From contig JALDZS010000005.1 in assembly GCA_022813965.1 (NCBI GenBank), positions 62,001-126,000 of the forward strand: a DNA stretch of 64,000 nucleotides, read 5' to 3'. The translations under genes and the position numbers were made by a program. Shown piece after piece: positions 14,735 through 27,366 of this stretch; the stretch's first letter is position 1; each line of letters opens with the position of its first letter. The DNA is from Toensbergia leucococca (Eukaryota). The notes under the pieces were generated by a model. It made no database searches and was not told the DNA's origin. It was given only the letters and a program-made list of their open reading frames with translations.

Positions 14735-15500
14735 TCACGTCCGCCCCCTACTACGTTTCAACTTTTCCTCGGTCTCTAGCATCTCTGGGTGCTTGTGCAC
14801 ACTCGGCATCAACCCCATTCCAACAGCTCGACGAATAGCCTTGGCGATCCGTCGCTGATTTACAGGGCGCAAGCCCGTAATCCTCGAATGCTTTATCCTA
14901 CCCATGGAAGTCATATATTCTGACATTATCGAATAGTTCTGCAAATATTCGGGTTAGGAATTAGCGTGCCCGTTGCAAGATTACTTGTGTGAGGGGCATT
15001 CTACCTTGTATTCATCCAAGGGATTGATTGCCAGTGCATCGAATGCATCCATTGTCGACTGCTGCCTTTGCCTCCACTTCTTCATCTCTGCCGCGCTTAG
15101 ATCATGTGGAGCATACACATCTCCTGCCTTCCACTTCCTTGTTTGTTTCCTCGCAAGGTCTTGGGCACGATTTTCTTTCTCTAGATTTTCCTGCAAACGG
15201 GCTTTGTTTGCGGCCCTTTCTAAGACGCTTGTTCGGTCTTGCTGGACTATCTGTTTAATAAATTGATGCTTTGACGAGTCACCAGGTCTTTCCTGAAACC
15301 ACGTTGATTCCAGAGCACTTGTAGATCCTAAATTCATAAGTCGATTGAAGGGTATTCTTCGGACCAGGGGCCATACTTTCAGCAGTACTGTAAGCCAAAG
15401 CACCTCGATGTAAACATGTAGCTCTAGCAACCCAAGATGAAGACTTTGAGAGGAGAGCAACCTGGGCCATGGCACTATTGAATGTTGCAAAATACGGCAT
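14735..15500 (-). CDS. RSM18: Mitochondrial small-subunit ribosomal protein bS18m; exons 15500(or 15470)-15377, 15327-15005, 14938-14735
   Basis: WKAGDVYAPHDLS, NPLDEYKN, MGRIKHSRITGLRPVNQRRIAKAIRRA S18 motif; N-terminus resembles a presequence. Confidence 0.9.
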
Positions 15501-15980
15501 TAAAGTATTGTATATCCTAGGGACTCATACAATAGTTCAATGTTGGAAGAGCGTAGAACGTTCCACGAGTGAGTCGAGGAGCTGATTTAGTTAAGTAGAA
15601 TCAAGTGTCTGATGGTAAACAATGGATGTGTGGATACGAAGTAGCGAATAGAATAGAATAGCGTGATTGTGCAAAGAGCATGCCGTATTTTCCCCCCCTA
15701 CCTAAGGAAGGTCACAGTCATAGTTATGATACTAACTGAATCAGGTAATAGTTAGGGTGTAATCTACGCTTATTCCTCATGTTATCAACGTTACCATTTA
15801 TCTTACCATAAGATAATTCCGTTAACTCTTTTACATCAACCACCTAGATTTCTACCTTATCTACCTGTCTACGTACCTGTCTACCTATAGAAAATGTGAC
15901 AAATGGTCATACAAATTGCATGTTATCTTCATTGCCTACTCAATGCAAATATTCATGCTAATGATCATGATTCTAGTTCA

Positions 15981-16007
15981 CCTACCTACCTACCTACCTA
16001 CCTACCT
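15981..16007. repeat. (CCTA)n tetranucleotide microsatellite
   Basis: cctacctacctacctacctacctacct. Confidence 0.85.
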
Positions 16008-16227
16008 AGAGAAAACGCGACAATTTCACATACAATTCCCTCATATCTACCTGATTCAAGCCCTCATGCTAGTGACTATGATGCCTAGGGAATTGCGACA
16101 ATTTTACATACAATTTTCCCCTATGATATCTGTACACCTCACCCCCTCTTCAGACGCAATATCATTGAGGAAAATTTAAGAGAATTGATATCAGGACACC
16201 CCCTTTTGATACAAGGACATTCCCCCC

Positions 16228-16880
16228 CTCAGGCGCAATATCACTGAGAGAAATTTTATCATTCTGCATCACAATTTGCCTCAATTTCTCATCACTATGC
16301 AAGTCATGTACTTGTTCTATCTGTGTGTCATCTAAAGTCAAATTACTTAGGGAATCATCCTGATATTGTATCACGTTCTTATTAAATTCTTCATCATGAA
16401 TTTCAATTTCCCCTCATCTGATGAACTTGAATCATCATCTTCACCTTCATCGATGAGTCTTGCTCTACTCAAAGCTCTACTAAACATAGAGCACATGACT
16501 ACAGATGTCTCTATTGTTGTCATTTAAAAGCACATCAGTTCTCAGAGTTATGCTGTCATTAAATAGAGGTACACAGAGAGAATTGTCTCAATTTAAGAGA
16601 GTAGAGCAGGCAGTGACTCTACGTGAAAGAGGACTCTGAGGTCAGGGGGGGGGAACCCTAACCTAGAGGGGGAGGGTGAGGGAAGAGGGGGGGTGATTGT
16701 GCGCCTGAGGGTGAGAAATCAAGTCAGGATGTGATACAAAAGCATGATTTTTTTTCTAGATAATTTGACTTCTAGATGGCACGCAAATAGCGCAAGTAAA
16801 CGGCATGCAAAGATGGTGAGGAATTGAGGCAAATTGTGGTGCAGATTGATAAAATTTCCCCCAGTGATATTGCGCCCGAG
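16228..16880. repeat. Internal ~150-bp degenerate inverted repeat (16228-~16378 vs ~16730-16880) inside the TIR element
   Basis: ctcaggcgcaatatcactgagagaaattttatcattctgcatcacaatttgcctcaattt... aligns to the reverse complement of the segment ending at 16880 (ctcgggcgcaatatcactgggggaaattttatcaatctgcaccacaatttgcctcaattc...). Confidence 0.85.
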
Positions 16881-17192
16881 TATTGAGTGACGGTGAGATA
16901 AGATCAGCATTGGAGTAATATATTGGGTGTAACTTACAAACATTTCTGCTTTAGTTCGTTATTATTACCTGATTCAGTTATTACCATGACTATGACTGTG
17001 ACCTTCCTTAGGTAGGGGGTATTTTTCTCCCGGCAGAGATTCCTCGACTGCATTCAACCCACAGAACTAAATGGTTGTTCAATGGTCTTTGAAGTGTTAA
17101 CGTCTATTCGTGAGTCGGACTGTTTCCAATAGAATGTCGCAGTTCAACCCACTAAGTCCGTCTTCTAGCTGTACATATCCATTTACTCCTCT

Positions 17193-19607
17193 ATGCGGTC
17201 CCACCTGACCCGCCATGTCTTCCGTCAATTGCTGTATAACGAATGCTTGTCAGAGACCAAGTGTGGCATTCAACAAGTATCAGATCGTTGTTTCCGAAAA
17301 CGAAGCGTCCCGAGCTCGCCCAGATTTATTACAAGATCGCTGTTTGGGTTTTCTCGCAAGCCTCCACGAGAACCGAAACCTGTTGACCTCGACCCTGGAT
17401 ACGGTCAGATGTTGGAGCTCAGCTCAACCTTGCATATGAAGACAAGACCACCGCCACCTGAAGTACTAGCACAAGCATTCAATGATTTTTTTCGAGCCAG
17501 GCAAAATTCTTCAAACCCGTTGGAAGAGCTCCATGTCTCGCACGCTACCAATACGTTTGAATATTTACAAAAGGATTACCGCGGAGTAGAAGATTTCGGT
17601 CTTTCAGATGATGATTTGCGGGTAGCGTTGATTGCATTGGTATACATGCCGAAGGACCGTAAGTATGAGACTCACAAGAAGCTAGCACGGCTTTTGTTCG
17701 AGGAATATATGCAGAGGAGAGGCTCGTATCTAGTACCGCAGTGGAAAGAAGTCTTCAAGTACTTGCGACCATTCATAACAATTCTTTCCCGAGGCGGGGA
17801 TTCACTGAAAGCTCGGGAGACATTGGAAAGATACCAGGATAACGGTCTACGCAAACGCGAAAAAAGTGTCTGGAATGAGGTGCTTCGAGGTTTTGCTAAA
17901 GAGAAAAATGATGAGGAGCTTCTGCATACTCTCGACATCATGCAGAAACGTAAAATCCCATTCGATCCCATCATACATGAAATCTTCATGGAATACTATG
18001 CATCTAAAGATGATGTAGCGATGGCGAAAAAATGGTATCAGCACCCCATTGAAGGCGGCGAGCCACCTACTATCCATACTGATAGTTCAGTCCTGAAGCT
18101 ATGCATCCGATGTCAGGAGCTTGGCTGGGGCGAGGAAATCGTCAAGTCAATGTTGGCAAGGAGCCCTGATAAAAGAGCATGGAATACCGTCTTTCTATGG
18201 GCAGCTGCAAAGGGCAAAGGCGTTGACGAGATCGAGAGAATGATGCAAGTCATGGTTCGGAGAAACGAGGAGATTGGCAATAATGAACGGCCTGACATAG
18301 GCACTATCAACAGTCTGGTGGAGCTAGCAAATGTGAACAATGACCCGTACACGGCAGAACGATATGTAGCTCTAGGACAGAAATGGAGTTTGCAGCCCAA
18401 CGCACACACTTATCTTTTACAGCTAGAATATCGCATCCGGGTTGGCGATTTAGATGGCGCAAGAAGTGCTTATTCTAAGCTTCAAAGCGAGGAAATCCCT
18501 GCAGACCTGGACATACCACTCATCAACAAGCTCATTCTTGCCCTTTGCAACGCAAAACGTCAAGACTACGACGCCATCATGAGTCTCGTCGAGGACTTGA
18601 GCGAGAGAAAAGGCCGTTTCGAGCCTGAGACTGTATCAGCCCTTAGCCTTCTCCACCTTCAGCGTGAAGAAATCCATGAGCTTGTCGATCTCCTCCATAC
18701 TCATACCTTTCACTACGGACTCGAACAGCGTTCTGCAATTCGAGATGTCTTCGTTAACTTCTGTCTAGACCGGTCTAATACAACATCGAGGGCTTGGGAT
18801 TCCTACTGTATAATTCGTGAAATATTCGCTGAGACCGAAGTTGATACTCGTACCCGATTAATGAGAGAATTTTTCGAGCGAAAGCGTAGTGATATGGCAT
18901 CTCATGTCTTTGGACATATGCGACAGTACCCCACAAAACGGCAACGTCCACGTCTTGAAACTTACGCTGCTTGTTTCGAAGGCATCGGAAAAGCTGCGGA
19001 CGCAGAGTCGCTAGAGATGGTCCACAACATGCTCAAGCTAGACTCTGAGATTGAGCCAAATACGAGGCTGTACAATGCTCTGATGCTAGCTTACACGGGC
19101 TGTGGTATGGCAGACCGAAGCCTTGACTTTTGGGGACATATCGTCCATTCTCGAGAAGGCCCGAGTTATAATAGTATACAGATAGCTCTTATGGCTTGCG
19201 AAGCTTTGCCCTTTGGCGATCGACGTGCTCGTGAGATATGGGCGAGACTACAGAAATTCGGAATCGAGGTCACCAGGGAAATCTACACGGCGTATATCGG
19301 TGCATTGGCTGGTCAGATGTCATTTACAGAAGGCAGTGATCTAGTAGAAAAGGCAGAGTCCGAGACGGGGTTTCCGCCAGATATAATTATGTAAGTTGCA
19401 ATATACTTGTACTAGAATGTTTCTGCTGATGCTTGATGCAGGCTAGGAACGTTCTACAACGCATCACTCGGTGATTCCCGAAGAGAAGAGATTGAGAAGT
19501 GGGCCTCGAAGAAGTACCCGGTCGCCTGGCAGGAGTTGGTCAAGTTGGACAAAAAGCAGGGAGAGTGGCAGGAGTACTTCGACATTAATAGAGAGGTTGC
19601 GCCCTGA
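17193..19607 (+). CDS. CIA84: Mitochondrial PPR protein, complex I intermediate-associated protein 84; exons 17193-19390, 19442-19607
   Basis: MRSHLTRHVFRQLL presequence, PPR-like repeats, VHNMLKLDSEIEPNTRLYNALMLAY, SREGPSYNS; GTAAGT..CAG intron. Confidence 0.85.
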
Positions 19608-20220
19608 GTGCCTGTGCATCCTTGGTCCCTTGCATTATCCCATCCCACTAGCAGAGCTCTTGGTGGCTGAGATCCACTCAGGAAAATCCAAGCATCCGGC
19701 AGCCTGCATATCAGAGGCTCCCCATCCGAGAAGTCTGGCGTTCTACATCTTCGAGGAAGCAAGAAAACTCCCTCGATAGCCAGCAATTTTGCTACTGCGT
19801 TCTTCAAGACCCTGAAAGCATCTAAAGTCACGCTGACACCAAGGCTGGAAACCCACGAGCCTCGCATAGAAACGTCATGTGGAGAATACAACCCTTGGGA
19901 CATCCATAGAGACGTCGATTGAAAGACGGAATATTTTTGAGACTCAACCCAATCGCTACCCGTCTTCTAGCAATGCGTTCAGGACAGAGGCAAGAGACGA
20001 GGACTGTTCCAAGCCTAAGAAACCAGCGCAGCGCTGGATCTTCGCACATAGTGTACACTTGGAGTATAATACAAAATCGAAACACCTCCTCTGCCGAGCA
20101 AACTGCAACAATTCATTTCATCTAGCCCCAAAGTTCCAGAGCCCTAATAATTCCCCACTTACAATAATTCCCCCTCCTTAACCCACGAACCCACGAAAAT
20201 CAAAAGTGTCCCCCCAAAAA

Positions 20221-21021
20221 TCACAACAAATCAAAATCATCCACCTTCTCCCGATACCTCAACACACTCCTCCGCACCTTACTCCCATCCACCCACCCCA
20301 CAAAATCCTCCACCCCCCTCCCCACCAAAAACGCCGGATCGGTAACCACCTCCGTCCCCACCCGCACATGCCCCTGCTCCACCAACTTATTCGCCCCGCT
20401 CACCCCAGCCCCACCCCCCAGCATCCCCACCCGCCCCATCACAACCCCCAAGCGCCGCCGCGCGAACCGCGACACGCTGACTTTGCGCTCCACCTCGCTG
20501 AGTTTGCCGCGCTTGGAGTCGAGGCCCAGGATGCCGAGGGCGTGCAGTTTGTCGAGGAGGAGGTCCTCGTGTTTGCGGCGGAAGGGGGAGGAGGGGGGGA
20601 GGAGGGAGAGGCGGTGGGCGAGTTGTCTTTGTTTTTTTTTTGGTAAGCGGGGGAGGGGGATTTGGTTAGGGGGATGCTTTTGAGGATGTGGAGTTGGGGG
20701 CTGGCACTGATTGTGGGGTTGGTGTGTGGAGTGGGAGGTGGGAGGTGGAAGGTGGGAGGTGGGAGGCAGGGGGGATTTACTTTAGAGCGCCGCAGATGCG
20801 ATTGTATTTTGCGTAGTCGGCCGGGTTTTGAATGGAGTAGCGGCGGAGGATGGAGGAGGCGCGGTGGGAGGAGTCGGATTTGTAGGTTGTGAAGTCGACT
20901 TTGCGGAGGAGTCTGTTGGGAGGGGGTTGTGAAGATTAATTGAAAGGGTTTTCCTTTTGGTGGTGGGAGATAGGGAAGGGGAAACGCACTTTTGCTCGTG
21001 GTGTTTGAGTTTGCGGACCAT
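20221..21021 (-). CDS. IMP3: U3 snoRNP (SSU processome) protein Imp3; exons 21021-20990, 20912-20781, 20626-20221
   Basis: MVRKLKHHEQKLLRKVDF, YNRICG, RRRLGVVM, VEQGHVRVG, DDFDLL*. Confidence 0.95.
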
Positions 21022-21745
21022 GTTTGAGGGCAGAGTCAGGTTGTGAGGTCCAAAGCGAGGGGGGGGAGGGTGCAAAAAAGGACTGGAGGGTTTTGATGGC
21101 GGATTAAATAAAAGATTCTAGGTCGCTTGTGCGGGGCGTCTATTTACAATGCAGACGCGCCCACTGGAGCAGATTACCAATCTAGCACATGGAGCTTTTC
21201 AATGCCTTGAGGGTAAGGTACACTGTGGCCTGCTATCTAGACTACATACAAGGCACCTCCGATTCCATCTTTATTGGGATAGCGACAGTGACAGCAAAAA
21301 GAGAGCCTCAGTCAGAAAGCCATGAATTTCCCCCAGCTCGTGGCTTTGTCAGTAGTGAAATTTGTTTGCAAGTCGTCGGCTTCGAAATCTCTCCGAGGGG
21401 AAATGTGCAAAGGTGTTGCCATGAAAACATGTCAATATGTCGACATGCGTGAGACTCGGATTCCACAGCCGTCGTCGTCGTCCATGTAGCAAATGCCAGA
21501 AGATAATCGTGAGAAAGAAGAAGTAAGATGGTACGCCACTCATGCAAAGTCGAGGTTAATGGTTTGGATATCGTAAAATCATCAGTGAAGAACCAAAGCT
21601 CCTGCAAATGCGAAATTGAAAGCCGCCAACCCGAGAATCGAAGCTCCATCCTAGCCCGCTAGCCAAGGGTTTGACACTGTAATATGAAAGAACACCCATG
21701 CATGCAATTTCTTCCTGCTTTCTAGACGCCATACACACTCGCTAC

Positions 21746-24700
21746 TCAAACGTCAATCATTTCCGCGTCGTCCGTAAGCACGTCGTCGGCCGGTCCCCAA
21801 TTGCCTTCATAAATAGTAGCTCCTGCTCGTCTCCTAGCGTCGGCCCATTGCACGCCAGCGGTACTGAGGACTTGGTCCACAATAGGTCGATCAGCCGGTT
21901 CTGGCGAAATCATCCAGCGCACAACCTTATCCAAAGCCTCAGGGTGGTTCGCGTCGATCATGAAGTTCGGTGGGTGAGCAAGCTCGCCGCTACGCAAGAG
22001 TCGGAACGCCTTGTTTGGAGTTTTGTGTTGGTGCAATTTTGGGGAGCCAAAATCCTCGCTACCAGAGTCGGATCCGTAAAACTCTTCAGCCGACTCGCCG
22101 TCGTGCGAGAGAGGCTTTCCAGACTCGTCGCGAAATATGTTACTTGTTTCTGAGCTCCACGTAAGGCTTGGGACATCGCTCATGTCTCCCGTTCTTAGTC
22201 GTTGCCATGACAACCCATTTTCTGGGAGCATCACGTTCCCTGCAATTTCGAGCATGATCAAGCCGAGAGCGAATACGTCAACAGGCTTGTCGAATTGACC
22301 CTTAAGAACCTCTGGACCGATATATTCGCGATCTCCTTCTCCGTCAATGCCTGGCTGTGCTGGCCATGCAGTTGCCATCCCAAAATCCCCAATCTTCAAC
22401 AGTCCCTCAAAAGTTATGAGGACATTAGCAGGCTTGAGATCCAGATGGATGAAGCCCGAGTCATGGATGTGCTTGAGACCCTGTTGTTTTCTTAGCAACT
22501 GAAGGCCGCTCAAATGAATTTTGTGGACCTACCTGAGATAATTCCAACATGATTTTCCAGATCCTAAAGTCGTCTAGTCTGGCTTTTCTACCCACCTGAT
22601 CGAGGAACATGTCCAAGCTGCCCTCTTCACAAAATTCAGTCTGAATGTAAAGATGGTTTTTTTCCTCCCAGTTGTCAAACAAGCATACTGTGTGATCTGC
22701 TTGACCCAATGCTTTCAGTACAGTAACCTCTTGGAGCTTACGCTGTCGATCTCTACCACCAACATATGCATGACGAGACTTTTTGACAGCCCACACTCGA
22801 TCCGGCATCGGCGTCTTTGGCGAGGCGTGTGTCATCGAGAGTGGGAAGTACTTTGAGGCCATGTTTGGATCTGACTTCTGTGTGACACGATAGACTTGAG
22901 AGAACTCTCCTGTGCCAATCAACTCCACTCTCTCAAATCTCGAGGTCAGGCTTGGATCCACATCGGTAGAAGAAAAGCCATGTATTGGTGTGATGCTTGA
23001 TCGGCTTTTGCCGAAGTGGGAGAAGTAGTCTTTCGAAGCAGTTGGTGTAGCAGGTGGGAAACTTAGAGCGTTGACACGGACGTCACCTAGCGATCGATTT
23101 GCATGCCCATCTACGTTGGCAGAGATAGAAAGGCCGCTCGGGTCAGGAGGAATCATGTTCTCGTGAGGAGTGTGGGGAGTACGAGGAGCCAAGTGCTCGA
23201 AGCGATCTTGGATGGGGCTCGCTGGAGATTGAGGACTTGGCTTAGTTCTGAACTTGTGTAATTGGAGAAGAGAAGGTGCAGTGTATGACTTTTTAGAAAG
23301 CGGTGTTGGGGATTTGGAGTTTCGAAGCGAACGGGAATGAGTGAAAGAAGACGGGATCGAGGAATAGCTTCTAGAGCTCAGGGCAGCAGATGGAGAGTCG
23401 TCCATCACGCTGTCACTGTCTCCGTCCACACTTCCAGAGGGTTTGCCAACTAGAACTAACTTACAGTTCAGCCCAGGTCCGGGTGATTTGGTTCCCATGC
23501 TGGCCGAGGCACGAGATTGATGGTTCGTGGCCCGCAGTACGCTATCTCCAGCTTGTGGCTGCGCATCTTCTGATCCAAGCACTTGCTTCGTCGGGGTCGG
23601 AGGAAAATCGAAATCATTGCTTGATTGACTGTCAACTTTGGCCGATGGGGATTGCAAGAGTTCTTCTCCATCAACACTAACAAAGCTGCCACGCCGTGTA
23701 CCGAAGCTGCCACCGAAAATACTGACACCCTTGCCGAATATTTCAGGAGCAGGGCGAGCGACATGCTGGCCAAATGGCGTCGAAGGTGTTCCAAATGAAT
23801 GTCTGACTTGACGGGCTCTTCCAATAGCACTCTCGGGTACGGCTACAGGCGTTGCAACTACCATACTAATGGGCCTTTTACATGGCGTATCTGGCATGTG
23901 AGACCTGCTATCGTGAAGCCCCAAGCGCGAATCATCCATGTTCTTGTTACGTTTTGAAATCAGTCCGGTTGACATGAAGGCTGCTGGTAATGGCTTTGCC
24001 AATTTATAATTGTCAGGAGTTGCAAAAGAAGTACCCGAGGAGGAAGTCTGACTCGTTGGACCACTCGTTACTGGCTCGGCCGGAGTTGGCCTCGCCGCTC
24101 CTACGGGGAGCGATTTTGAAAAGTCAACTATTGCTTTTCTTGTGTCTGGTTGACGATGTGGGATGTGGGTTGGAGAGTCCTCGGCCATGCTTGAACTAGA
24201 CGAGGACTGTGTGATGGTGCGAGAAAGAGGATGGCGCGGAGGATGCACTTGATTGTGAAATCCAAGGCTCTGCTGAGACATTGGATGCACAGACGCGTTT
24301 GGAAGGCTGCTCTGCGACGAGAACGGACTATCCCGAGGTATGGAGGGCACAACTCCGTCAAGAGACATTCGATTACGCCCTTTAGCAGCGACTTGGCCAG
24401 GTGTAGTGAAATCAAGCGCAAGATCCGTATTAGGCTTTGACCTTGCAAACGTTGGCTTCTCATATCTTTGCTGTAGTGTGGTCTTTCGCAACGACGATGT
24501 ACGCTTTTGCATTGGGGAAAAGACATTATGATACTCGGAGGACGTAGGGTTATCGAGGCTCGACCCATCGCTCGTATTGCGTGGTTCAAAATGTGCCAAA
24601 GATGCAGCTTCGTGGTCAAAAATGTCAAAGTCCGGACTGAAACTCCCTCCGTGTAAACTCCTCCTCTTTGCTGATGGACTCCCTAGGTTTGCCTGGTCTA

Positions 24701-25355
24701 AGTTCATGATTCCATCACTTCGCTTGAGAGGGCTCGACTTCGCAAGGTAGCTTCCCGAGCTGCCGCTGCCTTTGTCTAGCTTCGGAAGCGCAGAAAGTGG
24801 GGCGAGATAGGTTTCGCTTGGACCAAAAACATTTGCTTTGAATGCGCTATCTGAATTCGTCTTCTCGGAGGGATGGTCTCGTGTATACGAGTTTTCTACA
24901 TCATCGCTCGAGTCGGCTGATGACGAAGGTGTGGCGTTTCCATGATCGGTAGAATCCGCCAAAGCTGTCCTGACCGGACTGTGCGGGGAGTTTCGTGACC
25001 GTGAAGATGTACGCATGGGACTCACTTTCCTAGCGACTAGCCGGTTCTTCCTGGCGCTAGGCGGGTAGGGAATTGCCCAGGAAGATGGCGAAGCAAAGGT
25101 GGAACACAATAGTAAATTTGTTGATGCTGAGCGATTTGGTGGCGACAAAGGAGACGGAGAGAGCGGCGAGCTAGGTGATGGAGAAGCGGATTTTGAGGTC
25201 AGAAAGCGAAAAGTGGGGCCCTTGGACGGTGACCTCGATAGCGAGTGGCGCAGCTGCTTCAGGGCGGAAGTCGCATCGACGTGGTGTATGTGAGTGGGCG
25301 ATAGAAATTGTATAGGACCGCCAGCATCGCGATGCGGCGAACACATCACCACCAT
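21746..25355 (-). CDS. WEE1: Wee1/Swe1 CDK-inhibitory kinase; ATG 25355 or 25346; intron 22532-22481; possible optional in-frame intron 23464-23222
   Basis: IGTGEFSQVY, WAVKK, LYIQTEFCEEGSL, IHLDLKPAN, KIGDFG, EGDREY; S/P-rich N-terminus with SSPLKRSDGIMNLDQANLGSP and PAAFMSTGLISK. Confidence 0.93.
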
Positions 25356-25893
25356 GAAGGAAGTCGGTGAATGTCTTTTAGCGCAAGTGGGGTGGGCGGG
25401 TGGCGAAAGGGAAGTTCGGTACAAGTTTTGATGAAGCTGGATATCAGCAATCACAGCTTGTCCTTATCGTATACTGAACAAGGCTGTGTGCTGTATACAA
25501 ACAATGACGCGGTCGGTTGGAATGCTGACCAAGTGGAATGTGTTGTTTCAAGACGTTGTTGGCTATGCTTCAACTCATCCCCAGTCTGCCATGTATCACG
25601 CCTCTCTACCCCATCGACGGCCACCAGTCACACGGGGAGGAAGGTGCAGCAGCGGCGAAAAGCAAGGCAATTGGGAGACGGCCAAAGTTGACGATGACGG
25701 GAAGTTGTGGGTAGTGGTAGCTTATGGCAGCTTATGGCAAGTTGGACTTGTTGCTATCACAGCTAATGGGGCGGACTCAAAAAGGGTGAGACGATGGATA
25801 ACGATATGGCGAGTAAGTATTTGGTAGGGATTAGGAGGTAGGTGAGATTCCTGTTGCCTTGTTCCAAAAGTCGTCAGCTGCTCCTCTATCTCT

Positions 25894-25917
25894 ACGCGTT
25901 GTGGCACATGTAAACAA
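25894..25917. promoter_or_regulatory. MCB box (ACGCGT) plus forkhead-type site (GTAAACAA) upstream of WEE1
   Basis: ACGCGT 25894-25899 and GTAAACAA 25910-25917, ~550 bp upstream of the WEE1 ATG; function inferred from yeast consensus sites. Confidence 0.4.
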
Positions 25918-27366
25918 CATCAACGTGACTAGCGTCGCTCTTCCGGCTTCCGCCCTTTGCCCTTATCCTACTTAAGTTTAATCGAGGTACCCTGCCACGC
26001 CTGCCTCCTGCATCCCTGTTGATGAGTCTAATATCACGTCAGTCTCCGGATACTTAATTAAGGATTACTCGTACTCGTACAATAAACAAAATCAAGTCAT
26101 CATCTACATCATCTCTGCTTCAGGAGCTTGAAACGCACATTTGCTGCTGCTGAATCTTCAAATGCTTAGGTACATTCGGGGAATTGTTCGTTGACAGTTG
26201 GAAACGAACACGTAAGAGGCGATGATCAAAGACCATTGCTTGAGTACCCCGCACTACTCCATGAATGTCAAATACCACATCACCTCAGGTAGGCAGCCGA
26301 ATACAACCCCATGAAACCAAATGTGCGGAATCTTAAACACATATTTTTATATGTACATGTTTTGGGGACTACCGAGTACCTAGTGATTCTTTTCCCTGAT
26401 AAGAGATTCGTCTCTGAATAGAAGCTCTCTTTGTTGATTTCATCTTTTAAGTGAGTATAAACACAGAGTGATCTGAAATGTTGCTGTATGCGTTAGGTGC
26501 TCTTTCATGACAAGCTTCATTCCCTCGGATGCGGAGTAGAAATTTGAGACTTACGTTGCTCTAAATACTTTACCATGTGATTTGTTGAAGCCTGTCTCGA
26601 GCCTGTCTCATGCGGCATAATCCTCAATTCTGTTTACATTGTCAGACTTTCTCGTCACTCTTAAACATGGGTTATCAGTATTGGCACGATGAACACACTG
26701 ACTCAATGGTTCTTCTTATTTTTCAAGTCTCAGACTCCTATCGCGTCATTGCCGTACTGATTCACTATTGAAATCGACGTTCCAATACATTAAAAGCTTC
26801 ACTTGGTGGAGTAACATATCTAAAGTTGATAGACATGGGTACTGAATTATTAAACACTCACTCATGGGAAATTAAAACACAGCCCCGATTTAACCAAACT
26901 ACAGAAATACTCGTACTTGTATTTGTAAAGCACCTTTCAGACATTCGGTCATCACTTTGGAGACTAGAGTAAGTTTGAAAGAACCTTTGAGTGTAGAACG
27001 ATTGGTCTACCTGCCATGCCCACAGCTGACCACATGGACAAATCCCGAGAGGGTTTTAGTGTGTGGTACCTTTTTTACTGGTGGTGTGGTAGTGATGTCA
27101 GAGGGATTCGGTATGGTGAGGTATGATTGGTCGGCTGTCAAAGCCTTGGAATTTGCATCGTTTCCGCAAAACGTTTATGCGCTACTTTCATCATTAGGCA
27201 CTGAACTCGGTCAAACGCATGATTACTCAAAAACCACGTCGTCTTTTCACTCAACAACACACTAACCTCAACTTCCCAACCAATGGCGGTCAGCTTCCTG
27301 GACCATCTATTGACGTGGGGATTTAACACCCTCTTAACCTGACCTATGCAATAGTCCTAGCCCAAC

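Larger units (their letters stand above)
15694..17019. mobile_element. Non-autonomous class II (TIR) element, 1326 bp, AT-rich, no intact transposase
   Basis: 57-bp terminal inverted repeats 15694-15750 / 16963-17019 (54/57 identical); flanks TATTTTCC (15686-15693) / TATTTTTC (17020-17027). Confidence 0.88.

Noticed and set aside
15489..15691. 12-bp inverted match ATGCCGTATTTT at the RSM18 start and beside the left TIR
   Set aside because: Short, with no further extension; probably chance
20200..20223. Stop-codon readthrough of IMP3 as reported in budding yeast
   Set aside because: TGA TTT context and another in-frame stop 7 codons later; no TGA-CTA or PTS1 extension at the other stops I checked
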